Assembly: GCA_028690055.1 (NCBI GenBank)
Contig: JAQVBZ010000006.1
Coordinates: 392 to 64,391, forward strand
DNA length: 64,000 nt
Direction of reading: 5' to 3'
From: Minisyncoccota bacterium
GTDB lineage: Bacteria > Patescibacteriota > Minisyncoccia > JAHIHE01 > JAGLIN01
The position numbers and the translations under genes are program-made. The notes under the pieces are model-generated. The model was not told the DNA's origin and did no database searches. It saw nothing but the letters and a program-made list of their open reading frames with translations. Positions 18,379 through 28,176 of this stretch are shown here, in pieces. Positions within the stretch are counted from its first letter, which is position 1. Each line of letters opens with the position of its first letter.

Positions 18379-19938
18379 TCATTTTTCTATAAGACTTTCC
18401 AGGACCATCGCTCTCGGTTTCGGAATACCCAAGACTTCCAAAAGTGTCGGTGAGACATTTCCCAGAACACCGTTCTTATTCAAGGTACAATTTTTGTTAG
18501 TCATTCCCTTCTTCACGATAATAAAAGGCACCGGGTTCTTGCTGTGCATCGTAGAGACGTGTCCCGTTTCAGGATCCAGCATCTCGTCCGCGTTACCATG
18601 ATCGGCGGTGATGATTGCCGCGCCGCCGCTTTCCAGAACCTTACTCACTACTCTCTCGAGGCATTTATCCAAAAATTCCACCGCACAAATCGTCGCCTGC
18701 AGATTTCCCGTATGACCCACCATATCAGCATTGGCATAATTGACCGAGATGAAATCATACACACTATGTTCGATATTGGAAACTATAACATCTGTAATGT
18801 CCCCCGCGGACATTTCCGGTTTCTGATCATAGGAAAATACATCTCGAGAAATAATTTGTTCCCGACTCTCCGAAGCAACCGGCTCCCGATGTCCGCCATT
18901 CAAGAAATAAGTGACATGCGGATATTTTTCCGCCTCAGCGATGTAAAGCTGCTTGAATCGGCTCAATACTTTAGGTAAAGTATCCTTCACCGCCTGCGAA
19001 TTATAAGCGATCTGCACCGGCAAATCCTGTCCGAAATCGGAAAGTGTGCACATAAAAACATCATGCAAGATGTGCTTGCGATTCTTGTAATCTTTCATCT
19101 CCGGCATCGTCAACATCTTGGTTAGTTGCCTCGCACGATCACCGCGCAGATTGAAGAATATCACCGCATCGTTGTCCTTGATCCTAGCCTCCGGCTCTCC
19201 TTCCTTGTTCACGATTACAGTGGGAATAATGAATTCATCAGTGAGTCCGTGATTATATGAATCTTTGATTACTTGCTCGGCGGACTCGCTCTTGGCGCCT
19301 TCGCCCAAAACCATGGCGTCGTATGCCCTCTGCATTCGGTCCCAATGCTTGACCCTGTCCATCGCATAATATCTTCCGCCGATACTCGCAACCTTTCCTA
19401 TGCCGAGTTCCTTTATCTTCTCCTCGAGCCCGCGCAAAAACACTAGGGAACTTTTCTCAAAAGCGTCGCGGCCGTCGGTAAAAAGGTGAAGATAGATTTC
19501 CTTGACCCCGCTATCTTTGGCCATCTGCATCAAGGCATAAAGATGCCCGGGGTCGCTATGCGGACTGTCCGAATCGGACAGCAATCCCATGATATGGAAA
19601 TCGGTCTTTTGCGTGAGCGCGTGATTGAGAGTTCGGCGGATGCGTGGATTCCTGAAGAATTTTCCCGATTGGATGTCTTCGTTTATGATTTGCGAGTCCT
19701 GCCTAATGATTCTGCCCGCGCCGATATTAATGTGTCCGGCTTCGCTCCCACTCCGTTCGTTCTCGCTCAGCCCCACCGCAAGCCCGGTAGCATTGAGCTC
19801 GGTATATGGATATTTGGCAACCAAGCTGTCAAAAAAAGGCTTCTTAGCAAGTTCAATCGCATTCCCTTCCGACTTGGGCGCAATGCCCCAACCGTCCAGA
19901 ATGATCAGCATGTTCGTAGGTTTTTTCGGTTTGGACAT
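18379..19938 (-). CDS. gpmI: 2,3-bisphosphoglycerate-independent phosphoglycerate mutase
   Basis: A 519-aa protein beginning MLIILDGWG, with Mn-binding SDSDSPHSD and TADHGNADEM motifs. Confidence 0.9.
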   Translation of the reverse strand: MSKPKKPTNMLIILDGWGIAPKSEGNAIELAKKPFFDSLVAKYPYTELNATGLAVGLSENERSGSEAGHINIGAGRIIRQDSQIINEDIQSGKFFRNPRIRRTLNHALTQKTDFHIMGLLSDSDSPHSDPGHLYALMQMAKDSGVKEIYLHLFTDGRDAFEKSSLVFLRGLEEKIKELGIGKVASIGGRYYAMDRVKHWDRMQRAYDAMVLGEGAKSESAEQVIKDSYNHGLTDEFIIPTVIVNKEGEPEARIKDNDAVIFFNLRGDRARQLTKMLTMPEMKDYKNRKHILHDVFMCTLSDFGQDLPVQIAYNSQAVKDTLPKVLSRFKQLYIAEAEKYPHVTYFLNGGHREPVASESREQIISRDVFSYDQKPEMSAGDITDVIVSNIEHSVYDFISVNYANADMVGHTGNLQATICAVEFLDKCLERVVSKVLESGGAAIITADHGNADEMLDPETGHVSTMHSKNPVPFIIVKKGMTNKNCTLNKNGVLGNVSPTLLEVLGIPKPRAMVLESLIEK

Positions 19939-20234
19939 AATGTTATTGACAAATAAACAAATTTGGATTAAAGTCTAGGCAAAATAGGGGGGGTATCCTA
20001 AATGGAGATAGATTACACGGGTATCTTAATTGCTATCCTTATATATCTGATAGCAGTGGCACTCGTCGAAAGGCATTGTGACAAGAAAGTAAATGAAGAA
20101 TAAATAACTTCTTCCCAGGTAAACTACAGAAAAAAATTGATAAACGGCGTCGTTATGATGATAATAATGGTGCTATACGAAGCCTTTCATGATTACATCC
20201 CTCACCTCTTCTGGTGATTTTTTTATTTCAAAAG

Positions 20235-21500
20235 CTATAACTCGTTCTCAATTTCCATCAACCGATTATATTTTGCCAGTCTCTCTCCGCGCGAGAGCGA
20301 ACCGGTTTTTATGAACTCTGCTCCGGATGCCACCGCGAGGTCCGCAATAAAATCATCACAAGTTTCCCCGCTGCGATGAGAGACAATAATCTTCCACCCC
20401 AACTCCTGCGCTTTCTGTATGCACTCCACCGTCTCTGTCAGGCTTCCGATCTGGTTAAGTTTAATGATAATTCCGTTGGCACAATAATTTTTCGCAGCCG
20501 TTTCGACACGTTTCGGATTGGTAACAGTGAGATCATCGGCAATAACGACAAAATTCTTTTTTGCACCCAAGAATCTTTTCTTCATATCTTTCCACCCCTT
20601 CCAATCATTCTCATCCAATCCGTCTTCGATAGAAAGAAGCGGATATTTTTTCATCCATTCCAAATAAAGGGCTATCAGCTGATTCGTATCCAAACAAACA
20701 TTCCCGGGATTCACAACATATCGTTCATCTTTAGCAAAGTAGAAAGAATTCGCTGCCGCGTCAAGTGAAATAAAAACATCTTTGCCGGCGATATATCCGC
20801 TTTGCTCGATCGCTTTCAAAATAGAATCGATTCCCTCTTCAATACTGTTGAGTCGTGGCGCAAATCCGCCCTCATCGCCCACGCCGGTTCCGTACCCGCC
20901 TGAAGCTAAAATCTTTTTGAAATTATGAAAAATTTCACTACCGGCACGGATCCTTTCTTTTATGTTTTTAATTCCAACCGGCACAATCATAAATTCCTGG
21001 ATCGCTAGTCCGCTATCCGCGTGCTTACCGCCATTAAGAATATTGAACATCGGCACCGGCATCTGAAATTTACCTTCGAAACCGTAAGTCTTGGCAAGAT
21101 ATTTATAGAGAGGCTTATCTTGCGAGATTGCCGCGGCTCGAGCGCACGCCAAGGAGACGCCCAGAATCGCGTTCGCCCCCAGATTCGACTTATTTTCAGT
21201 CCCGTCCAACTTGAGCATCAACGCATCTATTTTTTTCTGCGCCGTTATATTCTGTCCGATTAAAACCGGAGCGATTTTCTTATTCACGTTCTCACAGGCT
21301 TGCAAGACTCCGTTTCCACCATAACGTTTCTCATCACCGTCACGCATCTCCAAAGCCTCAAATTCACCCGTAGAAGCGCCAGAAGCCACAGACGCCTTCG
21401 CTTTAATCTTATTATCGAGGATTACCTCTACCTCTACTGTCGGATTGCCTCGCGAGTCGAGGATTTCCCGAGCAATTATTTTTGCTATCTTCACAGGCAT
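20235..21500 (-). CDS. eno: Enolase
   Basis: The N-terminus reads IAREILDSRGNPTVEVEV, the SHRSGETED-type region is SHRSGETCDD, and the length is 421 aa. Confidence 0.95.
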   Translation of the reverse strand: MPVKIAKIIAREILDSRGNPTVEVEVILDNKIKAKASVASGASTGEFEALEMRDGDEKRYGGNGVLQACENVNKKIAPVLIGQNITAQKKIDALMLKLDGTENKSNLGANAILGVSLACARAAAISQDKPLYKYLAKTYGFEGKFQMPVPMFNILNGGKHADSGLAIQEFMIVPVGIKNIKERIRAGSEIFHNFKKILASGGYGTGVGDEGGFAPRLNSIEEGIDSILKAIEQSGYIAGKDVFISLDAAANSFYFAKDERYVVNPGNVCLDTNQLIALYLEWMKKYPLLSIEDGLDENDWKGWKDMKKRFLGAKKNFVVIADDLTVTNPKRVETAAKNYCANGIIIKLNQIGSLTETVECIQKAQELGWKIIVSHRSGETCDDFIADLAVASGAEFIKTGSLSRGERLAKYNRLMEIENEL

Positions 21501-21597
21501 ATTTGTAAATTTAAGATTATATTATATTAGTTCTCTATTCCGCAACACCCCCCTAACATCAAGACTATGTCGATTACATATTTTAATAGACTATAAA

Positions 21598-22755
21598 CTA
21601 TTTCAGTGCCTCGATCCCCGGCAACTTCTTTCCCGACAAAAATTCCAGCATCGCGCCACCGCCGGTGGAAACATGTTTCATATCATCGATATAGCCGAAA
21701 TTTACAAGCGCCAAAATCGTATCGCCACCGCCGATAATCGTCTCGGCCGAAGACTCCGCCATCGCTTTGGCAATTTCCCGAGTGCCGCGCGCATACTCCT
21801 CTTTCTCAAAGAGTCCGACGCTTCCATTCCAGACCACCGTACCGGATTTTCTGATGATTTCCTTATATTCCTCCAAACTTTTCTCACCTATGTCCAGTAT
21901 GCGGAAATTACCGACCGCTTCCGTTACCAGATTCACATCTTTCTTATCGGGATTATCCGTCACCACATCAACGGGAATGTGGATTTTGGGATTTTTGAGA
22001 TCAATCTTTTTTGCTTCATTGATATCCAGATCGTCCTTCACCGATTTGCCGATATCTATACCGTCTGCTTCAAGCAGAAAATTCGCTATCACGCCACCGA
22101 TCAAAATATTGTCGAATTTATCCAAAAGAAAATTGATGACTGGTAATTTAGTTTCCGCCTTAAGCCCGCCCATGATGATTGTGGCCGGACGCACGGGACT
22201 ATCAATGACTTTACTCAGAGCGCTGATTTCTTTTTCCAGCCCCAGTCCGGCGTAAGACGGTAAGAGGTGAGTAATGGACTCAACGGAAGCATGTGCACGA
22301 TGTGAGGCGGAAAAGGCCTCGTTGACATAAATATCGCCGAGAGCTGCCAATTTCTTGGCAAATTCCATATCATTCGCTTCTTCTTCACTATAGAAACGCA
22401 GATTTTCCAAAAGTATAATCTCCCCTTCTTGCATATTATCGACAGCTTTTTGCGCTATATCTCCCACACAATCGGGTGTCTTGGTCACGCTTAAATTTAA
22501 CATCTCAGACAAACGATCCTGCACCGGACCCAAACGCATATCCTCAACTACTTGCCCCTCCGGTCTTCCTAGATGTGACATCAAAATTATTTTAGCATCA
22601 TTTTCCAAGAGATATTTGATAGTCGGCAACGCGGCTGTAATACGCCAGGCCTCGTTCTCATCCACCACGCCGTCATCTCCAAGCGGCACATTAAAATCTA
22701 CCCGAACCAGAACTCTTTTACCTTTTAGGTCTCCAACTTCTTTTATACTTTTCAT
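21598..22755 (-). CDS. pgk: Phosphoglycerate kinase
   Basis: The N-terminal VRVDFNVP motif and the hinge GGGAMLEFLSGKKLPGIEAL are present. Confidence 0.95.
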   Translation of the reverse strand: MKSIKEVGDLKGKRVLVRVDFNVPLGDDGVVDENEAWRITAALPTIKYLLENDAKIILMSHLGRPEGQVVEDMRLGPVQDRLSEMLNLSVTKTPDCVGDIAQKAVDNMQEGEIILLENLRFYSEEEANDMEFAKKLAALGDIYVNEAFSASHRAHASVESITHLLPSYAGLGLEKEISALSKVIDSPVRPATIIMGGLKAETKLPVINFLLDKFDNILIGGVIANFLLEADGIDIGKSVKDDLDINEAKKIDLKNPKIHIPVDVVTDNPDKKDVNLVTEAVGNFRILDIGEKSLEEYKEIIRKSGTVVWNGSVGLFEKEEYARGTREIAKAMAESSAETIIGGGDTILALVNFGYIDDMKHVSTGGGAMLEFLSGKKLPGIEALK

Positions 22756-22861
22756 AGGCTATGATTATTTGTGTAAATTATTGAGAGATACCGTCTGCCA
22801 TTCTGAGGTACCCTGAAGAATCCCGTCATATTTAAAATATTTATTACGTGCGCCGTATCAT

Positions 22862-23017
22862 CCTGAACTTATTTCAGGACCCTCTTCTTATAAAAAATAA
22901 ATTTATCATATCTCACAAAACCGAATATTGAGCTTTTGTAAATGCTTATAAATATTTCTTTATCAAAAAATATAAAGTTAATGCGTTATATACCGCGGAC
23001 CCTGAACAAGTTTAGGG
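22862..23017. repeat. R1-variant MITE-like unit (hairpin arms CATCCTGAACTTATTTCAGGA / CCCTGAACAAGTTTAGGGTGAC)
   Basis: Inverted arms flank ~95 bp of AT-rich sequence downstream of pgk. Confidence 0.75.
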
Positions 23018-23077
23018 TGACACGATAAGAAGTCTCTCTCCCCGTGATACACGATTTATCCGCATAGCGTTCCATGC

Positions 23078-23488
23078 TTAATAAAATCTATCTTTTGAAA
23101 AGTTCTCTAGGAATTTGGCGGACGGAATAAAAAGCGGCTCCGGCAAATCATTCAAATCATACCAATCCCAGCTTTCAAATTTATCCGTCTCCATCACCTG
23201 CGCCGTTCCTGAAAATTTTCCGACAACCGCACCGATAGTAACGAAGTGTTTGTCATAAGCTATGTCATTCGTCATTGAGACAATTTCAAAATCCCAACCG
23301 TCCAAACCGGTTTCTTCTTTGAGCTCTCTGCGCGCGCATTCTTCGAGCATTTCTCCGAATTCAAGATGTCCACCCGGCAGAGAGAAAGTGCCTTCTCCGA
23401 GCTTACCTTTTCTCTTGCCCAATAGAACTTTTCCATCGGGCTCCAGAACCAAAACCCCTACTCCGACACGCACGATTTTGTCTGACAT
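23078..23488 (-). CDS. NUDIX hydrolase
   Basis: The Nudix box is present (GGHLEFGEMLEECARRELKEETGL). Confidence 0.85.
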   Translation of the reverse strand: MSDKIVRVGVGVLVLEPDGKVLLGKRKGKLGEGTFSLPGGHLEFGEMLEECARRELKEETGLDGWDFEIVSMTNDIAYDKHFVTIGAVVGKFSGTAQVMETDKFESWDWYDLNDLPEPLFIPSAKFLENFSKDRFY

Positions 23489-23755
23489 AATTTTATTAGC
23501 TATATTATATTATACTTCCCTTTATCACTTTTATCGCGATTCATAGGGGCACAATATCTTGTGCCTTTTTTGCGTGTCATCGCGAGGAGATACTCCGAGT
23601 TTATCCCCGCAGAGACAGGAACGGCAATCCCGTGACTATATTTCACCAAACACTACACAAAGATTATCCGGTTGAGTGTCGGAATTGTTGTACTATATTC
23701 GCAATGACAGCAACCTTGGTCAAAAAACCAAGGCGTCCATATTAAAAAACAGAGT

Positions 23756-24187
23756 CTACCCTTCCACGATTTCGAAATTAATCTTATCCCCAAGCTCGTC
23801 CTGCAAATCACCCCAAGCCAGAAGAACTTCTACGTTCGGATATTTTTCTTTCAAGATATCACGCGACTTTTTCATATCATTGAGCTGTTTAACCAGCTCA
23901 TCTTCCTTGGAGGCAAAAGTATTTTCCTTGGCGTAAGCCCCACAATCACTGTGATGAAAAATAACCACTCTGCTGGCGTGGTGAAGGTCGGTTGAGACAC
24001 TCACCTGTTGCAGAAAGAAATCCTTGATTTCCCCGCTGCCATCCGCCAGGCTTTTGCTGGCACCGGCAAGCGAGATGACGTCGAATCCACCCTCGAATAG
24101 TTTGCTTTCTTCGATCCAACACATAAGTTCATCGCGCAAGCGAAAATCCATACAACGGATCAAAAGATTTTTACAATTGTGTGACAT
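23756..24187 (-). CDS. Hypothetical protein with beta-carbonic-anhydrase-like Cys/His motifs (CxDxR ... HxxCG)
   Basis: The motifs are IRCMDFR and HHSDCGAY. At 143 aa it is shorter than canonical beta-carbonic anhydrases. Confidence 0.4.
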   Translation of the reverse strand: MSHNCKNLLIRCMDFRLRDELMCWIEESKLFEGGFDVISLAGASKSLADGSGEIKDFFLQQVSVSTDLHHASRVVIFHHSDCGAYAKENTFASKEDELVKQLNDMKKSRDILKEKYPNVEVLLAWGDLQDELGDKINFEIVEG

Positions 24188-24228
24188 ATTTTTGACTTAT
24201 CAATTTATAAGGAGTTGTCCTTGAGAAT

Positions 24229-25236
24229 CTATTCTATCGAATCCGCCACCATTTTAGCCATATCAATCAGACGGCTGGAATATCCGAATTCATTGTCGTA
24301 CCAAGAACAAACTTTCACCAAGTTGCCGTTTACCCGAGTGAGCGGCAAGTCAACAATCGAAGAAAGCGGGTTGGCTTTGAAATCTACAGAGACCAATTCT
24401 TCCTGAGTCGCCCCCAAAACACCTTTCATCTCGCCGTCAGCAGCTTCGGCAAAAAAGCTATTGATTTCTTCCACTGAAGTTTCTCTCTTCATAACCGCTA
24501 CGAAATCAACGATAGAGACCACTGAGGTCGGCACGCGCATCGCGATACCGTCGATATTGCCCTTGAGTTCAGGAATGGCTTTGGCAACCGCCTTGGCCGC
24601 TCCGGTCGTAGTCGGGATTATAGAAACCGCCGCCGCACGCGCTCTGCGAAAATCGTCATGCGGAAGATCCAGAATCCTCTGGTCATTGGTATAGCTATGT
24701 ACCGTGGTCATAAAACTTTTCTCGATGCCGATTTTATCGTTCAAAATTTTCGCAACCGGCGCCAGACAGTTGGTAGTGCAAGAACCGTTGGAAACGATAT
24801 CATGCTCTGCCGGGTTATAATCGCCTTCATTTACTCCCATAATCAAAATCGGCACGCCCTCGCCCTTGGCCGCCGCGCTGATAACGACTTTTTTGGCACC
24901 TGCCGCCAAATGCTTGCCCGCGGAATCTTTGTCCACAAAAAATCCGGTGCATTCCAGCACCACGTCCACACCCAGATCTTCCCAAGGAAGATTGGCGGGG
25001 TCTTTCTGAGCAAAAACACGGATTGCCTTGCCGTCCACGATAATATTTTCTTCATCAAAACTGATTTCCTTGGCATAGACCCCATAATTGGAATCATATT
25101 TCAAAAGATGCGCCAATGTCTTGGTGTCGGTGAGATCATTGACCGCCACTACCTCGAACTCGGGGTTATCGAAAGCGATACGGAAAGAAATTCTACCGAT
25201 ACGCCCGAAACCATTGATTGCGATTTTTTTTGCCAT
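24229..25236 (-). CDS. gap: Glyceraldehyde-3-phosphate dehydrogenase, type I
   Basis: INGFGRIGR is present, and the catalytic Cys lies in the SNGSCTTNCLAP-type segment. Confidence 0.95.
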   Translation of the reverse strand: MAKKIAINGFGRIGRISFRIAFDNPEFEVVAVNDLTDTKTLAHLLKYDSNYGVYAKEISFDEENIIVDGKAIRVFAQKDPANLPWEDLGVDVVLECTGFFVDKDSAGKHLAAGAKKVVISAAAKGEGVPILIMGVNEGDYNPAEHDIVSNGSCTTNCLAPVAKILNDKIGIEKSFMTTVHSYTNDQRILDLPHDDFRRARAAAVSIIPTTTGAAKAVAKAIPELKGNIDGIAMRVPTSVVSIVDFVAVMKRETSVEEINSFFAEAADGEMKGVLGATQEELVSVDFKANPLSSIVDLPLTRVNGNLVKVCSWYDNEFGYSSRLIDMAKMVADSIE

Positions 25237-25334
25237 ACAAGATAATTTATGATTAAAAGTTATATCCGCCTTTATTCTAGACTTAATTATACTATATTTT
25301 ATTTAAAAATACCAATACGAGGTCTGATTTCAAA

Positions 25335-25440
25335 CATTTTGTAACGTGTAATTCTGAGATATCCCGAAGAATCTCGATTCATCCCGCATAGCAGCGAGAC
25401 CCTTCGTTTCACTTCGCTGCAGAATTCAGATATCGGGCAG
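25335..25440. repeat. R1-related repeat unit
   Basis: GTGTAATTCTGAGATATCCCGAAGAATCTCG at one end and an inverted CTGCAGAATTCAGATATCGGG-type arm at the other. Confidence 0.5.
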
Positions 25441-25538
25441 TTCGTCATAAAAAAGTAATATCCGACGCGCACAAAACAAAAAACCGATTGCGGACATAAT
25501 CACGCAATCGATTTTCTTTTACTCTCTCCCGCCATCAA

Positions 25539-26468
25539 CTAGTAAAAACGGATACTTTCAAACATATCCTGATCATAAACTTCACCTCCATCAGAAAAAA
25601 GCATGCCTCCTTTGGGAAGATAAGCGTAAACCAATTTATTTTTGGAAGGATTATACAGGATATCAGTAACCTGGTCTGTGGCGCAGGCCAACTCCCTTCC
25701 CAGGTAATCTTTATCTCCTGTCTTTTTGATTGTCAGCCGATAGGTATTTTCCTGACCTGACCATTCCTCCTTACTTACTATAGCGCACCCCGCGCCATAA
25801 ACGTTCCTTATGAATTCATTAAGCATATCCGTATCGACAATCTTTGTTATGTGTAGAGAAATCCCCTCGGCGGGATTGCCCACAATCGGTATCGATGAGA
25901 TGTTAAATCTATCTCCTACTATTTCTTTCTTAATCAGAGGAAGGGTATAAAACTTCTTCCTGCAATCGAACACTCCGTCGTTGTCGTTGTCGGAGAGATT
26001 AGGATCGCCGGTATTGATGGGGTCATCCTCTTCGAAAGTAATTCTGTCCGGATCCTCGACTGTCGTTGTCGTAGGAGTATAATTGTCAAAATAATATTCC
26101 GGTACGATAAATATGCCTCCCGTGCCATAATCATCGTACACTAAAATCTTGGCCTCAAATTTCGTTTGCTTGCAATTGTCTACACCCAGAACCCTCTGCG
26201 GCACATTCAAAGAAAAGCCCAATCTACCGTTCTGATAAATCCTCCAATCCGCCGGGTCTTCGATATTTTCCAGATTACCGTTAAGCACTTCCGTCGACGG
26301 GACAAAGGTGTTGTCGGCCGGATCTATATCTTCCCAATCGGTAGGAGGGGGTGTTTTACTGCTGGAATGATTACCTTGAGACACCTTCCACTGCCACGCC
26401 AGATAAATCGCCCCACCGAAAAACACGAGAGCAATAATAATCATCAATAACCTTTTTATTTTACCCAT
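25539..26468 (-). CDS. Secreted/membrane-anchored hypothetical protein (309 aa)
   Basis: The only signal is an N-terminal signal-anchor (LLMIIIALVFFGGAIYLAW). No recognisable domain is present. Confidence 0.5.
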   Translation of the reverse strand: MGKIKRLLMIIIALVFFGGAIYLAWQWKVSQGNHSSSKTPPPTDWEDIDPADNTFVPSTEVLNGNLENIEDPADWRIYQNGRLGFSLNVPQRVLGVDNCKQTKFEAKILVYDDYGTGGIFIVPEYYFDNYTPTTTTVEDPDRITFEEDDPINTGDPNLSDNDNDGVFDCRKKFYTLPLIKKEIVGDRFNISSIPIVGNPAEGISLHITKIVDTDMLNEFIRNVYGAGCAIVSKEEWSGQENTYRLTIKKTGDKDYLGRELACATDQVTDILYNPSKNKLVYAYLPKGGMLFSDGGEVYDQDMFESIRFY

Positions 26469-26574
26469 ATTTTGTTTTACAGATTAAAATATGACGTATA
26501 CTTTTTATATATGTTTTATTATACTATAAAACTGCAAAAAAATAAAATAACGATTACAAAAAAACGACTTGCAA

Positions 26575-26905
26575 CGCGTCATCCTGAGGTACTCCGAAGG
26601 ATCCCGTTTATATCCCGCACGAAGTGTCATTCTGAGATATTTGGGAAAAATATCAGACTCAAGAACAGAGCAATAAAATAAAAAAATTTTGTCATTCCGG
26701 AATGAGGTACTCCAACTGAGGAATCTGAGAAAAATACCATGCAATCCCAGAGTTTTGTCCATAAAGATAATATCAGGCGATTTTTACTCAAACCCCAGAT
26801 TTCTCATTCGCAAAAGGGCACAAGATATTTTGCCCCTACAATACAAAATGACAAGATACGCGCTGTGTCATCCTGAGGTATACCGAAGGATCCCGTTATG
26901 TCCTG
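26575..26905. repeat. Cluster of R1 repeat arms (at least four copies at 26578, 26623, 26693 and 26869)
   Basis: The copies read GTCATCCTGAGGTACTCCGAAGGATCCCG, GTCATTCTGAGATATTTGGGAAA, GTCATTCCGGAATGAGGTACTCCAACTGAGGAATCTGAG and GTCATCCTGAGGTATACCGAAGGATCCCG. ORFs here (26505..26762, 26689..26913) are repeat translations. Confidence 0.8.
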
Positions 26906-27245
26906 CGAAATAACGAAATCCTTCATTCCCCTCCGCTGCGCAATAACAAACGCAGATTATATAACGAGTAAGATTTCTCACCTATCGATCTTTCTCAAAT
27001 ACTTTCCGACCGCAAGCATCGTCAATCCCCAAAAAACCAACCCCAAATACATACCTAACTGAAAAGGTCCACTACCAAAACTACTGAAAGGTGCCGGACC
27101 GTTAATAATCCAGAGATACCCTTCGTAATCGCCATGAATCCACCAGCTTAAGAAAAACGGACTCAATATAAACCAGGACCCGCGACTAGAAGAACTGAAA
27201 TTAGACGGCCGTGATTCTCTTTTTTATTCATAAAAAGCCATCAAT

Positions 27246-27911
27246 TTAGTTAGTCATTATGGCTTTCACACATTTTTCATGTTTTTGAGACCACTCATAA
27301 AATAACTCAACTGCCTTCTTGGAAAAAATAAATAACGACTGGATATCACCATTCATTTCTTCGCCCTTCTTAAAAAAATATGACTTACCGTACACCACGC
27401 ACACTAAATCTTTGTCCGGGATGGCATTGGAATGCACCAACGCATTTCGAATATCTAGAAGAAATTTCCATTCTTCATTATTTTCAACGGTAATTAACTT
27501 TAGTTCTTCTGAAGCTGAAGCAGACATAATATCTTTCAGATATTTTCTCTTTTCTCTTTCTTTAGGTTTCTCATTGTCTAAAAAAGTTTTAACAGGAAAA
27601 CCCTCTTTCAAACTTATATCCTTAGCAGTAGACTCCAAGATGCTAATTATGGCAACAAATGTGAATCTGGACTGGTCAATTATTATACAACCTATTTGCC
27701 GGACAGGATCAACTGCGACAGAATCTCCCTGAATGTTAAACTTTAGAGATTCCGATTGATCCTTTAATAATCGAAACAATACATCAGTAGAGTCAAAAAT
27801 AGGACTCACGTGATATAGTGCTCCACTATTGTCGGTTGCTTTCCTTTTAACACAAAAAGCTCCTATTCCTTCCATGAGGATCAAGCTGTCTTCGAGATGT
27901 TTTGTGAGCAT
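27246..27911 (-). CDS. Hypothetical protein with C-terminal Rx4H motif (RNALVHS) reminiscent of Abi_2/AbiD-type HEPN domains
   Basis: The 221-aa ORF lies in a locally AT-rich segment bounded by R1 repeat clusters. The FLLDIRNALVHSNAI motif is present, but no SD sequence is visible upstream of either candidate Met. Confidence 0.4.
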   Translation of the reverse strand: MLTKHLEDSLILMEGIGAFCVKRKATDNSGALYHVSPIFDSTDVLFRLLKDQSESLKFNIQGDSVAVDPVRQIGCIIIDQSRFTFVAIISILESTAKDISLKEGFPVKTFLDNEKPKEREKRKYLKDIMSASASEELKLITVENNEEWKFLLDIRNALVHSNAIPDKDLVCVVYGKSYFFKKGEEMNGDIQSLFIFSKKAVELFYEWSQKHEKCVKAIMTN

Positions 27912-28093
27912 GTTTACAAATTATTTTACTGTTTCGCTGGACATAATATCTTCTGTCCGAACACAAAACTATATTTCATCGATTCCACAAGCCTTCTCCC
28001 ACGCGGCAACACCTTCTTTTTGTCATCCAGTAGGGATCCCTTGAATGGTATCATGATAGCAATGATTTGCTATTTAAGACTAATAAAATTTAG

Positions 28094-28128
28094 GGGATTC
28101 CTCCGCTTACGCTGCGGAATGACAAAAA
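28094..28128 (-). repeat. R1 repeat arm (GTCATTCCGCAGCGTAAGCGGAGGAATCCCC on minus strand)
   Basis: It contains the GCGGAGG/CCGCAGCG internal hairpin. A further degenerate arm lies at ~28027. Confidence 0.6.
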
Positions 28129-28176
28129 GAATGGCTTTATTGCGGGAGATAGAGATTGTCCGAATTAACGATGTTG

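Noticed and set aside
21445-22255. Plus-strand ORFs of 162-233 aa
   Set aside because: They are antisense to pgk and eno, which have clear family signatures.
24658-25245. 195-aa plus-strand ORF
   Set aside because: It is antisense to gap.
26505-26913. Three 69-85-aa ORFs in the 26.5-26.9 kb repeat cluster
   Set aside because: Each is composed of R1 repeat arms and has no RBS. They are repeat-derived.
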